A stretch of 44,460 nucleotides of DNA from Actinomycetota bacterium. GTDB lineage: Bacteria > Actinomycetota > Actinomycetes > Nanopelagicales > Nanopelagicaceae. This document shows, in pieces, positions 11,321-21,369 of this stretch (the first letter of the stretch is position 1; every line of letters begins with the position of its first letter). Both the position numbers and the translations under genes were made by a program. The notes below the pieces were generated by a model. It was not told the origin of the DNA. It did no database searches and was given only the letters and a program-made list of their open reading frames with translations. The stretch is from assembly GCA_037143995.1 (NCBI GenBank), contig JBAWXP010000001.1:1-44460 (forward strand). The letters run 5' to 3'.

Positions 11321-11773
11321 GTGAGCAAAGCAGATGTGATGTGGCGAGAGGTGATACATCCCCCATTGTGGCTCTTAGCCTTTATCTATTTTATGTTTCT
11401 ATCACTCGTTCTGGCTGTGTGGGCAGCTTTTGATATTCACACCACTGTAATTGTCTGGATTGGCCTTACTCTCCTTCTCATCGCTATCGCGGTAAAGATG
11501 AGAAGTGAAATCACAATCGATAACCACGAGTTACGCATTGGGAGAGCTCATATCGAGCTAAAGTACTTGGACACAGTTGAGCTACTTACACCGGCGCAGA
11601 TTCGTCTCTTAAGAACTCGAGATGCAGATCCGGCAGCTTATCTGGCGATAACTTTCTGGATATCAACAGGAGTGAAGATCACGCTGAAAGATTCGCGCGA
11701 CTCCACTCCGTATTGGTTGGTCAGTGCAAAGAAATCAGAAGAGCTTAAGAACACTCTTTACAAATTGCTTTAG
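11321..11773 (+). CDS. DUF3093-family membrane protein
   Basis: Two N-terminal TM segments, GRAHI, and D.RDSTPYWLVS; divergent from the dut operon as in other actinobacteria. Start set to GTG 11321 after a TAGCCT box. Confidence 0.78.
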   Translation: MSKADVMWREVIHPPLWLLAFIYFMFLSLVLAVWAAFDIHTTVIVWIGLTLLLIAIAVKMRSEITIDNHELRIGRAHIELKYLDTVELLTPAQIRLLRTRDADPAAYLAITFWISTGVKITLKDSRDSTPYWLVSAKKSEELKNTLYKLL

Positions 11774-12041
11774 CGCCTTCACCCTTTGCAAGCTGGGTAA
11801 TGTGGTGAATCAAGAAACAACGTGAACACGTAAACTCATCTACCTGCACAGGAACAACTCGGACTGCTAGTTGTTCACCAGATAGATCTGCTCCTGGAAG
11901 TTCAAGATTTTCTGCAGCTTCTGCTTCATCGACATCGATCTGTCCTGATTGCGCATCAACACGTTGGGCTTTGAGTTCTTCTAACGATTCCTCGTGAAGC
12001 TCCTCGTCGGTCTTTCTTGGTGTGTCGTAATCTGTTGCCAC
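11745..12041 (-). CDS. DUF4193-family protein
   Basis: ATDYDTPR N-terminus, ELPGADLSGE, DEFTCSRCFL...C..C. GAGGTG Shine-Dalgarno before GTG 12041. Confidence 0.85.
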   Translation of the reverse strand: MATDYDTPRKTDEELHEESLEELKAQRVDAQSGQIDVDEAEAAENLELPGADLSGEQLAVRVVPVQVDEFTCSRCFLIHHITQLAKGEGAKAICKECS

Positions 12042-12153
12042 TTCTCTCACCTCGCTTCCAAATAACTCGTATCAGCGGGTGAACTTACCCGTCATGCGCG
12101 AATAGTTGCGCATTCCTTGCTGTATAGACCATACAACCGTCGGCGTGTCGGGT

Positions 12154-13620
12154 TTATTCCTGCTTTGCAGTAGCTATTTCAATCGCTTTTGCCAACCCAC
12201 CATCGACATAGGCATGGATGGCGGTTCCTTCGGCGAGATGTTCCTCACTGAGAATTTCACCTTTCTCATGGATAGCGCTGACAAGATCTCCTCGGTTATA
12301 CGGAATTACAGTTGTGATTTCAACGCTTGGATGGGGCAGTGATTTTTCAATCGCATGGATAAGCCCCTCAATTCCAAATCCAGAACGCACAGAGAATGCG
12401 TAGCTATTTGGTTCTTTACGCAAAATTTCCATAACAACGTCGGGGCTGGCGATATCAACCTTATTGATGGCGATAATCTCAGGGATATCTCCCCCTCCAA
12501 TGTCATTGATAACTTCGCGCACTGCTCGAATCTGTTCAAATGGATCTGAATGTGAGCCATCTACAACATGGACGATGAGATCAGCTCCGGAGACCTCTTC
12601 GAGAGTTGATTTAAATGCATCGACAAGTTGATGTGGCAGATGGCGCACAAATCCCACTGTGTCTGACAGTGTGTAGACGCGACCTTCAGCTGTTTCGCAC
12701 TTACGCACTGTTGGATCAAGGGTTGCAAAGAGCGCATTCTCAACAAGGACGCCGGCGCCCGTCAGATTATTCAGCAGTGAAGACTTCCCTGCATTTGTAT
12801 ACCCAGCAATTGCAACAGATGGAATATTGAAACGCTTACGCTCTTGTCGTTTAGTATCGCGAGAGACCTTCATCTCAGCTATCTCGCGACGCAACTTCGC
12901 CATCTTGTCGCGGATGCGGCGTCGATCTGTCTCTATCTTTGTCTCACCTGGTCCACGACCACCAATACCTGCACCACCTGCTGCTCGACCACCGACTTGG
13001 CGGGAGAGTGAATCTCCCCAGCCACGAAGGCGCGGCAGAAGATAGGCAATCTGTGCAAGCTCTACTTGCGCCTTACCTTCTTTACTCTTTGCATGTTGAG
13101 CGAAGATATCCAGAATCAAAGCCACGCGATCAACAACTTTAACTTTTAACTTATCTTCCAAAGTCCGCAGCTGCGCAGGTGAGAGTTCACCATCGCAGAC
13201 GACTGTATCCGCACCTGTTGCTACGACAATCTGGCGAAGTTCCACGAGCTTTCCAGAACCGATGTACGTTGCAGGATCTGGTTTATCGCGACGTTGAATC
13301 AACGCATCAAGAACTTCAGAACCAGCAGTCTCGGCCAGCGCTTTAAGTTCGGCCATCGAGTTATCTGCCATCTCGGCAGTTCCTTCTGTCCAGACACCTA
13401 CTAGAACAACGCGTTCAAGTTGAAGCTGGCGATACTCGGCCTCTGAAATATCTTGGAGTTCAGTAGAGAAACCTTTAATGCGACGGAGCGCATTGCGGTC
13501 AGAGAGTTCTTGTTGATCATTTTCTTGGAAATCATTTTCGTCGTGATCAAAGTCTGCCGCTACCCGCGCACTCTCGCGTAGTAGCTCATCAAAGAGCTTG
13601 TCGTAACCGTCGTCGACCAT
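12154..13620 (-). CDS. hflX: Ribosome-splitting GTPase HflX
   Basis: GPGETKIETDRR, GYTNAGKS, LFATLDPT, DTVGF, NKVD. Confidence 0.96.
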   Translation of the reverse strand: MVDDGYDKLFDELLRESARVAADFDHDENDFQENDQQELSDRNALRRIKGFSTELQDISEAEYRQLQLERVVLVGVWTEGTAEMADNSMAELKALAETAGSEVLDALIQRRDKPDPATYIGSGKLVELRQIVVATGADTVVCDGELSPAQLRTLEDKLKVKVVDRVALILDIFAQHAKSKEGKAQVELAQIAYLLPRLRGWGDSLSRQVGGRAAGGAGIGGRGPGETKIETDRRRIRDKMAKLRREIAEMKVSRDTKRQERKRFNIPSVAIAGYTNAGKSSLLNNLTGAGVLVENALFATLDPTVRKCETAEGRVYTLSDTVGFVRHLPHQLVDAFKSTLEEVSGADLIVHVVDGSHSDPFEQIRAVREVINDIGGGDIPEIIAINKVDIASPDVVMEILRKEPNSYAFSVRSGFGIEGLIHAIEKSLPHPSVEITTVIPYNRGDLVSAIHEKGEILSEEHLAEGTAIHAYVDGGLAKAIEIATAKQE

Positions 13621-14426
13621 TACGCCAGATACTTTGAGATGTCGTGATCTTCAAGGATTACTGCCGGCCCTGTCAACGTTGCATTGGAATGTCCATCGAT
13701 ATCAACGATAAGACGTCCCCCCGGGGGATAGATAGTCCAACGTGAAGGCAATGTGCCATGTGTCTTGAGGGTTGCTGCAAGTGCAACGGCGCATGTGCCA
13801 GTGCCACATGAACGTGTCTCACCACTTCCGCGTTCGTGAACGCGCATCTTCGCTTCAAAGTTTGGCATGATTTCAACGAACTCCACATTAACTCCGTCAG
13901 GGTATGACGATGCAGGTGACACTGAAGGAGCACTTTCAAGAGATCCAACATCTTCGATTGACTCTACAAATACCACAGCATGTGGGTTGCCCACATTGAT
14001 ATTCAGGCCAGACCACGTATGGCCATTATTAGTCGCTTCGACTTCCTCCATCTCATCGGTGACATGGCCCATATTCACTGAGATATCTCCATCGAGTGGA
14101 ACACGCAGGTGTTTAATTCCAGCTCGAGTATCGATCGCAAATATTCCTTCAGGTTGGATCTCTCGTGTCACTAAGTACTTTGCCATAACACGTATGCCAT
14201 TGCCGCACATTTCAGCGAGTGATCCATCGGCATTGCGATAATCCATAAACCATTTGCCGGAGTTTTTAGTAATCCGAATGAGGCCATCTGCTCCGATACC
14301 GCTCTTGCGATTGCAGATCGCTGCAATCTGAGGCTCGGTAATTGTGAATGAATTTTCTGGGTCATAGATGAGGAGAAAGTCATTCTCAGTTCCGTGGCCA
14401 TATGTGGCGATTACTGGTTTAGTCAT
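13620..14426 (-). CDS. dapF: Diaminopimelate epimerase
   Basis: GHGTENDF, NADGS.AEMCGNG, GNPH, ERGSGETRSCGTG. Confidence 0.96.
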   Translation of the reverse strand: MTKPVIATYGHGTENDFLLIYDPENSFTITEPQIAAICNRKSGIGADGLIRITKNSGKWFMDYRNADGSLAEMCGNGIRVMAKYLVTREIQPEGIFAIDTRAGIKHLRVPLDGDISVNMGHVTDEMEEVEATNNGHTWSGLNINVGNPHAVVFVESIEDVGSLESAPSVSPASSYPDGVNVEFVEIMPNFEAKMRVHERGSGETRSCGTGTCAVALAATLKTHGTLPSRWTIYPPGGRLIVDIDGHSNATLTGPAVILEDHDISKYLA

Positions 14427-14430
14427 AGCG

Positions 14431-15333
14431 CTATGAGTTTATCTTCTGCAAGATAGTTTCCAGACGTGGTTGGTGCTGAGCAACCCATTGAATGCGAATA
14501 TCCCGTGAGAACCAGGTCTCTTGGCGCCGTGCATATTGTCGACTAGCTCGCTTTGTATCTTCCTTTGCTTCGTCTTCACTCATGAGCCCATTTCGCATAG
14601 AAATTATCTGGGCATATCCAAGTGCTCGTTGTGCTGTGGAACCATCCTTGATTCCCTGTGTAATGAGCTGATCCACCTCTGCAACAAATCCACGTTCCCA
14701 CATTCGGTCGACGCGTAGGTCGATTCGCTCACGTAGATGATCGCGATCCATCACAAGCCCAAATTGCATCGCATCGGGATATCTCGAGCTATCTTCGCGG
14801 GGAAGATTTGCTGTGAACGGTTTACCAGTAATCTCAATGACTTCGAGGGCGCGAATGATGCGACGCGTATTTGCTTGGTCAATAGCAAGTGCTGCAGCAG
14901 GATCTAGATGTTCTAAACGTTCAAAGAGTGATGCCGCACCAAATTCAACTGCTTCGGCTTCAAGCTTGGCGCGCACTTCTGGATCAGTATCCGGAAAATT
15001 AAGGTCATCCAAGATTGCTTTGATGTAAAGCCCAGTTCCGCCAACAACTACGGCATCCTTGCCTCGTCCATGTATCTCTGTGATCACAGTACGGGCTTGA
15101 TCTTGGTACCAAGCCACTGTTGAATCTTGGTTGACATCTAGTACATCAAGAAGGTGGTGCTCAATCCCGCCACGTTCAGCAAGACCTAGCTTTGCAGTTC
15201 CGATATCCATTCCACGATAGAGCTGCATTGAATCTGCGTTAATTATCTCGCCACCTATTGATTGAGCAACTTCGATAGCAATATCGCTCTTACCTGTAGC
15301 AGTTGCACCACAGATAACAATGACTCGACTCAT
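14431..15333 (-). CDS. miaA: tRNA dimethylallyltransferase
   Basis: [39 protein letters not shown]. Confidence 0.96.
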   Translation of the reverse strand: MSRVIVICGATATGKSDIAIEVAQSIGGEIINADSMQLYRGMDIGTAKLGLAERGGIEHHLLDVLDVNQDSTVAWYQDQARTVITEIHGRGKDAVVVGGTGLYIKAILDDLNFPDTDPEVRAKLEAEAVEFGAASLFERLEHLDPAAALAIDQANTRRIIRALEVIEITGKPFTANLPREDSSRYPDAMQFGLVMDRDHLRERIDLRVDRMWERGFVAEVDQLITQGIKDGSTAQRALGYAQIISMRNGLMSEDEAKEDTKRASRQYARRQETWFSRDIRIQWVAQHQPRLETILQKINS

Positions 15334-16742
15334 GCACGAACCTTTGGCATTCCTAGCGTTGTTGAAGCCGGAGCAGTCCGAGCAGTGTGTGCATCTCCCC
15401 CACGAGTACGTGTGACTTGTACTGCATCGCCGATTAAGTAGTGTGCTGAACTCTCTGAGATTTTCACATCTACAAAATCTCCAGGACGAGCATCAGTTGT
15501 GCTGCTGAAATGGACTAAACGGAAATCTTCTGAGCGTCCCGTCATACGTGATTGTGCTTCATCACGGCGACCTTCGATCTCAGAGACCATCACGCGATGA
15601 GTTGTGCCGATCGCTTCTTGATTTACAGAGAGCGAAATCTTCTGTTGATGTTCGTGCAGGCGGGTATATCGCTCGCCCACAATATCCTCGGGGACTTGGT
15701 TTTGCATGGCACCAGCTGGCGTGCCAGGACGTATTGAATATTTATATGTATACGCAGCCGCGAAACGCGATTGTGTTGCGATATCTAGAGTGCCTTGGAA
15801 ATCTTCTTCCGTCTCACCTGGGAAGCCAACGATGATGTCGGTAGTAATCATCGCCTGCGGCATTGCCTGACGAACTCGATCGAGAATTCCCAGATACTTA
15901 TCGGTGCGATATGAGCGGCGCATACTCTGCAAAATTGAATCTGACCCCGATTGCAAAGGCATATGAAGATGCGGCATCACATTCTTCGTCTCTGCCATCG
16001 CCTCGATAACATCATCGGTAAAGTCACGGGGATGTGGCGACATAAATCGAACGCGCTCGAGACCCTCGATCTTTCCTGCTTCGCGCAGTAGTTTTGCAAA
16101 TGCTCCGCGGTCACCAAACTCGACGCCATAAGCGTTGACGTTCTGACCCAGTAACGTTATTTCTATAACTCCTTGCTCAACGAGAGCGCGCATCTCCTTG
16201 AGTACATCCGCAGCGGGGCGGTCTTTCTCGACGCCACGCAAGGTTGGAACGATGCAGAAGGTGCAGGTGTTATTGCAGCCAACAGAGATAGAGACCCACG
16301 ATGTAAATGCTGAGAATCTTCGTGCTGGAAGCGTTGATGGGAAATGCTCGAGAGCTTCAAGGATTTCAATCTGGGACTCTTCTTCAATACGTGCACGCTC
16401 GAGCAGGACGGGAAGTGAACCAACATTATGTGTACCAAAGACCACATCGACATATGGGGCTTTCTTCAAAATCAGTGATTGATCTTTCTGGGCAAGACAT
16501 CCGCCTACGGCGATCTGCATTGCAGGGTTTGCCTTTTTAATAGGCGCTAAGAAGCTGAGATTTCCATAGAGTTTATTATCTGCATTTTCTCGTACTGCAC
16601 AGGTGTTGAAGACGACGATATCTGCTTGTGCGCCTTCGAGAACAGGAATATATCCAGCTTCATCCAATAACCCGGCGATACGTTCGGAATCGTGCACATT
16701 CATCTGACACCCGTAGGTTTCAACGAGATATGTGCGCGTCAT
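15330..16742 (-). CDS. miaB: tRNA-2-methylthio-N6-dimethylallyladenosine synthase
   Basis: [17 protein letters not shown], radical-SAM CNNTCTFC, C-terminal TRAM domain. Confidence 0.96.
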   Translation of the reverse strand: MTRTYLVETYGCQMNVHDSERIAGLLDEAGYIPVLEGAQADIVVFNTCAVRENADNKLYGNLSFLAPIKKANPAMQIAVGGCLAQKDQSLILKKAPYVDVVFGTHNVGSLPVLLERARIEEESQIEILEALEHFPSTLPARRFSAFTSWVSISVGCNNTCTFCIVPTLRGVEKDRPAADVLKEMRALVEQGVIEITLLGQNVNAYGVEFGDRGAFAKLLREAGKIEGLERVRFMSPHPRDFTDDVIEAMAETKNVMPHLHMPLQSGSDSILQSMRRSYRTDKYLGILDRVRQAMPQAMITTDIIVGFPGETEEDFQGTLDIATQSRFAAAYTYKYSIRPGTPAGAMQNQVPEDIVGERYTRLHEHQQKISLSVNQEAIGTTHRVMVSEIEGRRDEAQSRMTGRSEDFRLVHFSSTTDARPGDFVDVKISESSAHYLIGDAVQVTRTRGGDAHTARTAPASTTLGMPKVRA

Positions 16743-16763
16743 GGCGCCTATCTTATTTGAGAG

Positions 16764-17732
16764 TTAGTTGGTGATGCGAATTGGTGCGATGCCTCGAGCT
16801 ATCTGACGCTCGAAGTGAACTTCACGCTTATCGTTAAATGTTGCTGCAACCTTAGCTGTCTGATCCATGAAGGTTTTGAGTTCATCGCGCGCCTTGAGAC
16901 CATCACCAGATAGATCATTGCGTTCGAAAACGTTCCATGCCCGGAGTACAGGTGCTATGACATCATCGAGGTGCTGTTGTAGGTCATAGATTCCAGCCAA
17001 GGCAATCTGTACAGCCTTGCGACCAAAGCCAGGCATATTGGCACCTGGCATATCGAAGTTGGTGACTACATCGGTGATCGCACGCATAGCAGCATTTGGT
17101 TCCATATCAAGGGCTGCTGAAAGAGTATTGCGATAGAACAACATATGGAGATTTTCATCCAATGCGATGCGTTGCATCATTCCTTCTGCAATCGGATCTT
17201 CTGAAATCTTTCCGGTATTGCGGTGAGAGATACGGGTTGCAAGCTCTTGGAATGAAACGTAAGCAATTGTGTGCAACATATCGTTCTCATACGGTGTCTG
17301 GTATCCGAGTGACATATGAGCCATTCGGAGATCTTCGAGTTCGTATGGATCTACTCCACGCGTTGCCATGAGGTAGTCACGAATAACAATTGCGTGGCGA
17401 GCTTCTTCAGCTGTCCAACGTTCAATCCAATTTCCCCATGCGCCATCGCGCCCCATAGAGATTGCAATTTCGGTGTGATAACTCGGCAAGTTATCTTCGG
17501 TAAGAAGATTGAGAACTAACGAATCTTGCGCAACAGCTGTCAGCCGTGAATCTTTCGCTTCCCATGCATCTCCATTGAGTGGACCGGCGTAGTCGCGACC
17601 TTCAGACCATGGGACATACTCGTGGGGATACCAGTTCTTCTGAACTCCAAGGTGGCGCTCTAATTCGACTGCGACGACAGGTTCGAGATCACGAATCAGA
17701 CGTGCCTGAATACGTGCCGACTCTTCACTCAT
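16764..17732 (-). CDS. desA: Acyl-ACP desaturase (soluble di-iron, DesA1-like)
   Basis: WYPHEYVPWS.G, LLTEDNLPSYH, WTAEEARH and DENLH di-iron ExxH motifs, YVSFQELATRISH. Confidence 0.88.
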   Translation of the reverse strand: MSEESARIQARLIRDLEPVVAVELERHLGVQKNWYPHEYVPWSEGRDYAGPLNGDAWEAKDSRLTAVAQDSLVLNLLTEDNLPSYHTEIAISMGRDGAWGNWIERWTAEEARHAIVIRDYLMATRGVDPYELEDLRMAHMSLGYQTPYENDMLHTIAYVSFQELATRISHRNTGKISEDPIAEGMMQRIALDENLHMLFYRNTLSAALDMEPNAAMRAITDVVTNFDMPGANMPGFGRKAVQIALAGIYDLQQHLDDVIAPVLRAWNVFERNDLSGDGLKARDELKTFMDQTAKVAATFNDKREVHFERQIARGIAPIRITN

Positions 17733-17769
17733 AGGCGCAACGATACGGTAGGGATGAGTTTCTTACGAG

Positions 17770-18453
17770 TTATAGATTATCTTTTGCGCGTTTTTCCGCC
17801 TGCTGTGTGCGCCATTTCGCAATTTCTTGATGGTTACCACTCAAAAGAATCTCGGGAACTGGGATGCCGCGCCACTCTTGAGGTTTGGTGAAATTGGGAT
17901 ATTCAAGGTAACCATCACTGTTATGTGATTCTTCACTGAGTGATTCAGGGTTACCTAGTACTCCAGGGATCAGCCGAGTGATCGCTTCAATCATGACCAT
18001 CGATGCAACTTCTCCCCCACCCAATACATAATCTCCAATAGAGACTTCGTGGACTCGAATATTGCGTGATTGGAATTCAGGTTGTGAGTAATACTGACGT
18101 ACCCGGTCATCAATTCCCTCGTATCGACCGCAAGCAAATATCAATTGTTGTGATGTAGAAAATTGCGCAGCCATCGTCTGGGTGAAACGTTTTCCAGCTG
18201 GAGTAAGAATAATGAGGTCGGCGTCCTCTGAAATTACTGAATCAATGCTCTTCGCCCATACCTCGGGGAGCATCACCATTCCGGCCCCACCGCCGTAAGG
18301 AGTGTCATCAACTGTATTGTGATTATCGTTCGTCTGAGCCCGCAGATCATGAACTGCAATATCTAGTAACCCAGCGCTCTGTGCCTTACCTAGAAGTGAA
18401 AGTTTCAGTGGAGATAGATACTCGGGGAAAATTGAGATGACATCGATTTTCAT
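17770..18453 (-). CDS. trmD: tRNA (guanine37-N1)-methyltransferase
   Basis: [38 protein letters not shown]. Confidence 0.97.
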   Translation of the reverse strand: MKIDVISIFPEYLSPLKLSLLGKAQSAGLLDIAVHDLRAQTNDNHNTVDDTPYGGGAGMVMLPEVWAKSIDSVISEDADLIILTPAGKRFTQTMAAQFSTSQQLIFACGRYEGIDDRVRQYYSQPEFQSRNIRVHEVSIGDYVLGGGEVASMVMIEAITRLIPGVLGNPESLSEESHNSDGYLEYPNFTKPQEWRGIPVPEILLSGNHQEIAKWRTQQAEKRAKDNL

Positions 18454-18953
18454 TAGATACTCCCTGCAATCTCTGGCGGTATCACTGTCATCGTCTTCTT
18501 CTTAATATCTACCACTGGCACTAACTGGCGCACAAAAGGAATGAGGACTTCACCTGATTCGTTCTTAATCACAAGAACATCTTGGCCTGGCAAGTTAAGA
18601 ACATCAGTGACTTCGCCAAATTCATCCCCATCAACGAGAAAGGCTTTGCAACCGACCAATTGCAAGACGTGGTAATCATCTTCATCTTCTCCTGGAGCAT
18701 CAATATCTACATCGGTATAGAGAAGTTCGTTGCGAAGTTCTTCAATCGCATTGCGGTCTTCAATTCCTTCAAATCCAAGGAGCAAGATTCCATTGTGTAC
18801 ACGTGCAGAAACCACGGTTAAGTTACCGTGGTTTTCTGTCTCTAATACTGCGCCTAGAGCGAAGCGATCTTCTGCTTCATCTGTTCGGACTTCGATAGTT
18901 GCTTCACCAAGAATTCCGTGAGCTTTACCGATACGGCCCACGTTTAATTTCAT
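18453..18953 (-). CDS. rimM: Ribosome maturation factor RimM
   Basis: [18 protein letters not shown]; position between khpA and trmD. Confidence 0.93.
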   Translation of the reverse strand: MKLNVGRIGKAHGILGEATIEVRTDEAEDRFALGAVLETENHGNLTVVSARVHNGILLLGFEGIEDRNAIEELRNELLYTDVDIDAPGEDEDDYHVLQLVGCKAFLVDGDEFGEVTDVLNLPGQDVLVIKNESGEVLIPFVRQLVPVVDIKKKTMTVIPPEIAGSI

Positions 18954-18966
18954 GGGAGTTAAGGAG

Positions 18967-19206
18967 TTAACGAACCTCGTCGGTATCGATGAGATCGACA
19001 CGTACTGAGCGACCAGCAAGTGCGCTTACAACTGTGCGAAGCGCCTTTGCTGTACGACCATTACGACCGATTACCTTGCCGATATCGTCAGGATTAACAC
19101 GAACTTCGAGCGTAGTGCCACGACGGTGTGTCTTCTCCTTGACATTGACATCGTCAGGGTTATCAACGATTCCCTTTACGAGATGTTCGAGAGCTTCATC
19201 AATCAT
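18967..19206 (-). CDS. khpA: KH-domain RNA-binding protein KhpA
   Basis: DIGKVIGRNGRTAKALR GxxG KH loop; follows rpsP. Confidence 0.92.
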   Translation of the reverse strand: MIDEALEHLVKGIVDNPDDVNVKEKTHRRGTTLEVRVNPDDIGKVIGRNGRTAKALRTVVSALAGRSVRVDLIDTDEVR

Positions 19207-19775
19207 TATTCAGCTTGTGTTTCCGCTACAGGAGCTTCTTCGGCAACAGCTTCTACTGCAGGAGTCTCTTCAACTACTGCTTCAGCCACTGCTTCAACTA
19301 CTGGTGTCTCTTCCGCTGCAGCTTCAGCAACAGGTGCTGCAACTACAACTTCTTCAACAGCAGGTGCTGCCTTAGCGGCAAGCTTCTCTTGTGCCTTCTT
19401 CTTCAAAGTTGTTGCACCCTCTGCAGGTTCTGCAGCAGCAGCCTTAACAGCTGCTTCATATGCAACGCTCTTATGTGGCTTAGGTGCTGCAAAACGAAGT
19501 GTGCCTTCAGTTCCTGGAAGACCCTTGAACTTCTGCCAATCTCCGGTCACCTTCAAGAGCGCCTCTACAGCCTCTGAAGCTTGTGCACCAACACCGAGCC
19601 AGTACAGAGCGCGCTCTGAATTAACTTCGATGATTGATGGTTCTTGACCTGGAACATAGCGACCGATCTCTTCAATTGAGAGACCGTTACGCGCCTTGCG
19701 TGAATCTGTAACAACAATGCGGAAATATGGTGTGCGAATTTTTCCCATGCGCATTAAACGAATTTTTGTAGACAA
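19206..19775 (-). CDS. rpsP: 30S ribosomal protein S16 with long Ala/Glu/Val-rich C-terminal extension
   Basis: [26 protein letters not shown] start at 19775 follows an AGGAG Shine-Dalgarno. Confidence 0.95.
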   Translation of the reverse strand: MSTKIRLMRMGKIRTPYFRIVVTDSRKARNGLSIEEIGRYVPGQEPSIIEVNSERALYWLGVGAQASEAVEALLKVTGDWQKFKGLPGTEGTLRFAAPKPHKSVAYEAAVKAAAAEPAEGATTLKKKAQEKLAAKAAPAVEEVVVAAPVAEAAAEETPVVEAVAEAVVEETPAVEAVAEEAPVAETQAE

Positions 19776-19893
19776 AGAAGTAGTGCTCCTAATAAGTGTG
19801 TCGTACCAAATTGCTACAGCGGGGTGCGTAGCCAAGAGGTCCAACTGTGGATTGGATTGTTACCGGGGTAGAGGGCCCTGTAACAGGTGGCTT

Positions 19894-19902
19894 ATCTTGC
19901 CA
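19894..19902 (-). promoter_or_regulatory. Putative extended -10 promoter (TGGCAAGAT) of the rpsP operon
   Basis: TGn+CAAGAT about 120 bp upstream of rpsP, followed by a structured leader. Confidence 0.45.
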
Positions 19903-19923
19903 GTTACGCTCACAATGTGGAAA

Positions 19924-21357
19924 TCAGCCGTTTTCCAACGCTCGCTTGGCGGGGTTTCCAGACTTCGATTTCTTCTTTTGAATGGGGGCTGCCTTCTTAG
20001 GGGCAGGAGGAAGGCCCGGCATTCCTGGCGGCATTCCCGCAGGCATCCCACCATTGCGCATCTGCTTCATCATCTTCTGCGCAGCTGTGAATTTATCGAC
20101 CAGTGCATTTACATCTGAGACTTTACGACCAGCACCCAGCGCAATGCGTGCTCGGCGTGAACCGTTGAGAACTTTGAGATCGCGACGTTCAAGTGGCGTC
20201 ATTGATTGCACAATCGCCTTAGTGCGCGTTATCTCTGATTCATCAAAGTTTTCGATCTGCTTCTTCATCTGACCGGCACCAGGCAACATGCCAAGTAACT
20301 TGCCCATGGAGCCCATCTTGGACATGGCCTCAATCTGCTCAAGAAAATCATCGAGAGTAAAATCTTCGCCTGCAATAAATTTATCTTCAAGTTTCTTAGC
20401 GGAGTCGCCGTCAAATGCTTTCTTGGCTTGTTCAGCAAGCGTTGCGACATCGCCCATTCCGAGGATACGAGAAGCCATTCGCTCGGGATAGAAGATTTCA
20501 AAGTCACTTAACTTTTCACCAGTTGATGCAAACATGATGGGACGGCCAGTAAGCGCTGCGATAGAAAGAGCTGCTCCACCACGAGCATCACCATCGAGTT
20601 TTGTTAGTACTACTCCATCAAAGCCAACGCCATCTTGGAATGCTTGTGCAGTGCGAACTGCATCCTGCCCGATCATTGCATCTACAGCAAAGAGAATTTC
20701 ATCTGGATTGACTGCATCGCGAATTGCGATTGCCTCTTTCATCAACTCTTCATCTACACCCAAGCGTCCTGCGGTATCGACAATGACAATGTTGTGCATC
20801 TTTGATTTCGCAAATGCAATCCCATCCTGGGCAACCTTTACTGGATTGCCAAATCCGTTGCCAGGTTCTGCTGCAAAGACGGGTACGCCGGCAGCTTGCC
20901 CGACAACTTGCAGCTGATTGACCGCATTGGGACGTTGAAGGTCAGATGCAACCAAGATTGGGGTGTCCCCTTGATCCTTAAAGAACTTCGCAAGCTTTGC
21001 AGCAAGTGTGGTCTTACCTGCTCCTTGTAGCCCTGCAAGCATGATGACCGTTGGTGGATTCTTCGCCAAGCGAACTCGACGCGCTCCCCCACCAAGAATC
21101 TCAGTGAGTTCACGATTTACAACATCAAAGATTGCTTGTGCTTGATTGGTACCAGATTGCAAGGTCGGCAATACCTCAAGAGATTTCTGATGGATTCTCT
21201 GGGTAAAGCTTTCAACCACTTCGAGTGCAACATCTGCTTCGAGTAGGGCCTGTCGGATATCTGCAGTTGTGGCATCGATATCTTTTTCAGAGATCTTTCC
21301 GCGAGAACGAAGCGCGCTAAATGCACCTGCAAATTTGCCAGAAAGTGTGTCGAACAT
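19924..21357 (-). CDS. ffh: Signal recognition particle protein Ffh
   Basis: GLQGAGKTT, DTAGR, TKLDGDARGGAALS, M-domain with SRRARIALGAG. Confidence 0.97.
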   Translation of the reverse strand: MFDTLSGKFAGAFSALRSRGKISEKDIDATTADIRQALLEADVALEVVESFTQRIHQKSLEVLPTLQSGTNQAQAIFDVVNRELTEILGGGARRVRLAKNPPTVIMLAGLQGAGKTTLAAKLAKFFKDQGDTPILVASDLQRPNAVNQLQVVGQAAGVPVFAAEPGNGFGNPVKVAQDGIAFAKSKMHNIVIVDTAGRLGVDEELMKEAIAIRDAVNPDEILFAVDAMIGQDAVRTAQAFQDGVGFDGVVLTKLDGDARGGAALSIAALTGRPIMFASTGEKLSDFEIFYPERMASRILGMGDVATLAEQAKKAFDGDSAKKLEDKFIAGEDFTLDDFLEQIEAMSKMGSMGKLLGMLPGAGQMKKQIENFDESEITRTKAIVQSMTPLERRDLKVLNGSRRARIALGAGRKVSDVNALVDKFTAAQKMMKQMRNGGMPAGMPPGMPGLPPAPKKAAPIQKKKSKSGNPAKRALENG

Positions 21358-21369
21358 AGTGGTGGAACT

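Noticed and set aside
19126-19647. Cys-rich (19215-19577) and Ser/Thr/Ala-rich (19126-19647) ORFs that look like RiPP precursors or mucin-like proteins
   Set aside because: They are antisense readings of the low-complexity GCA/GAA-rich rpsP tail.
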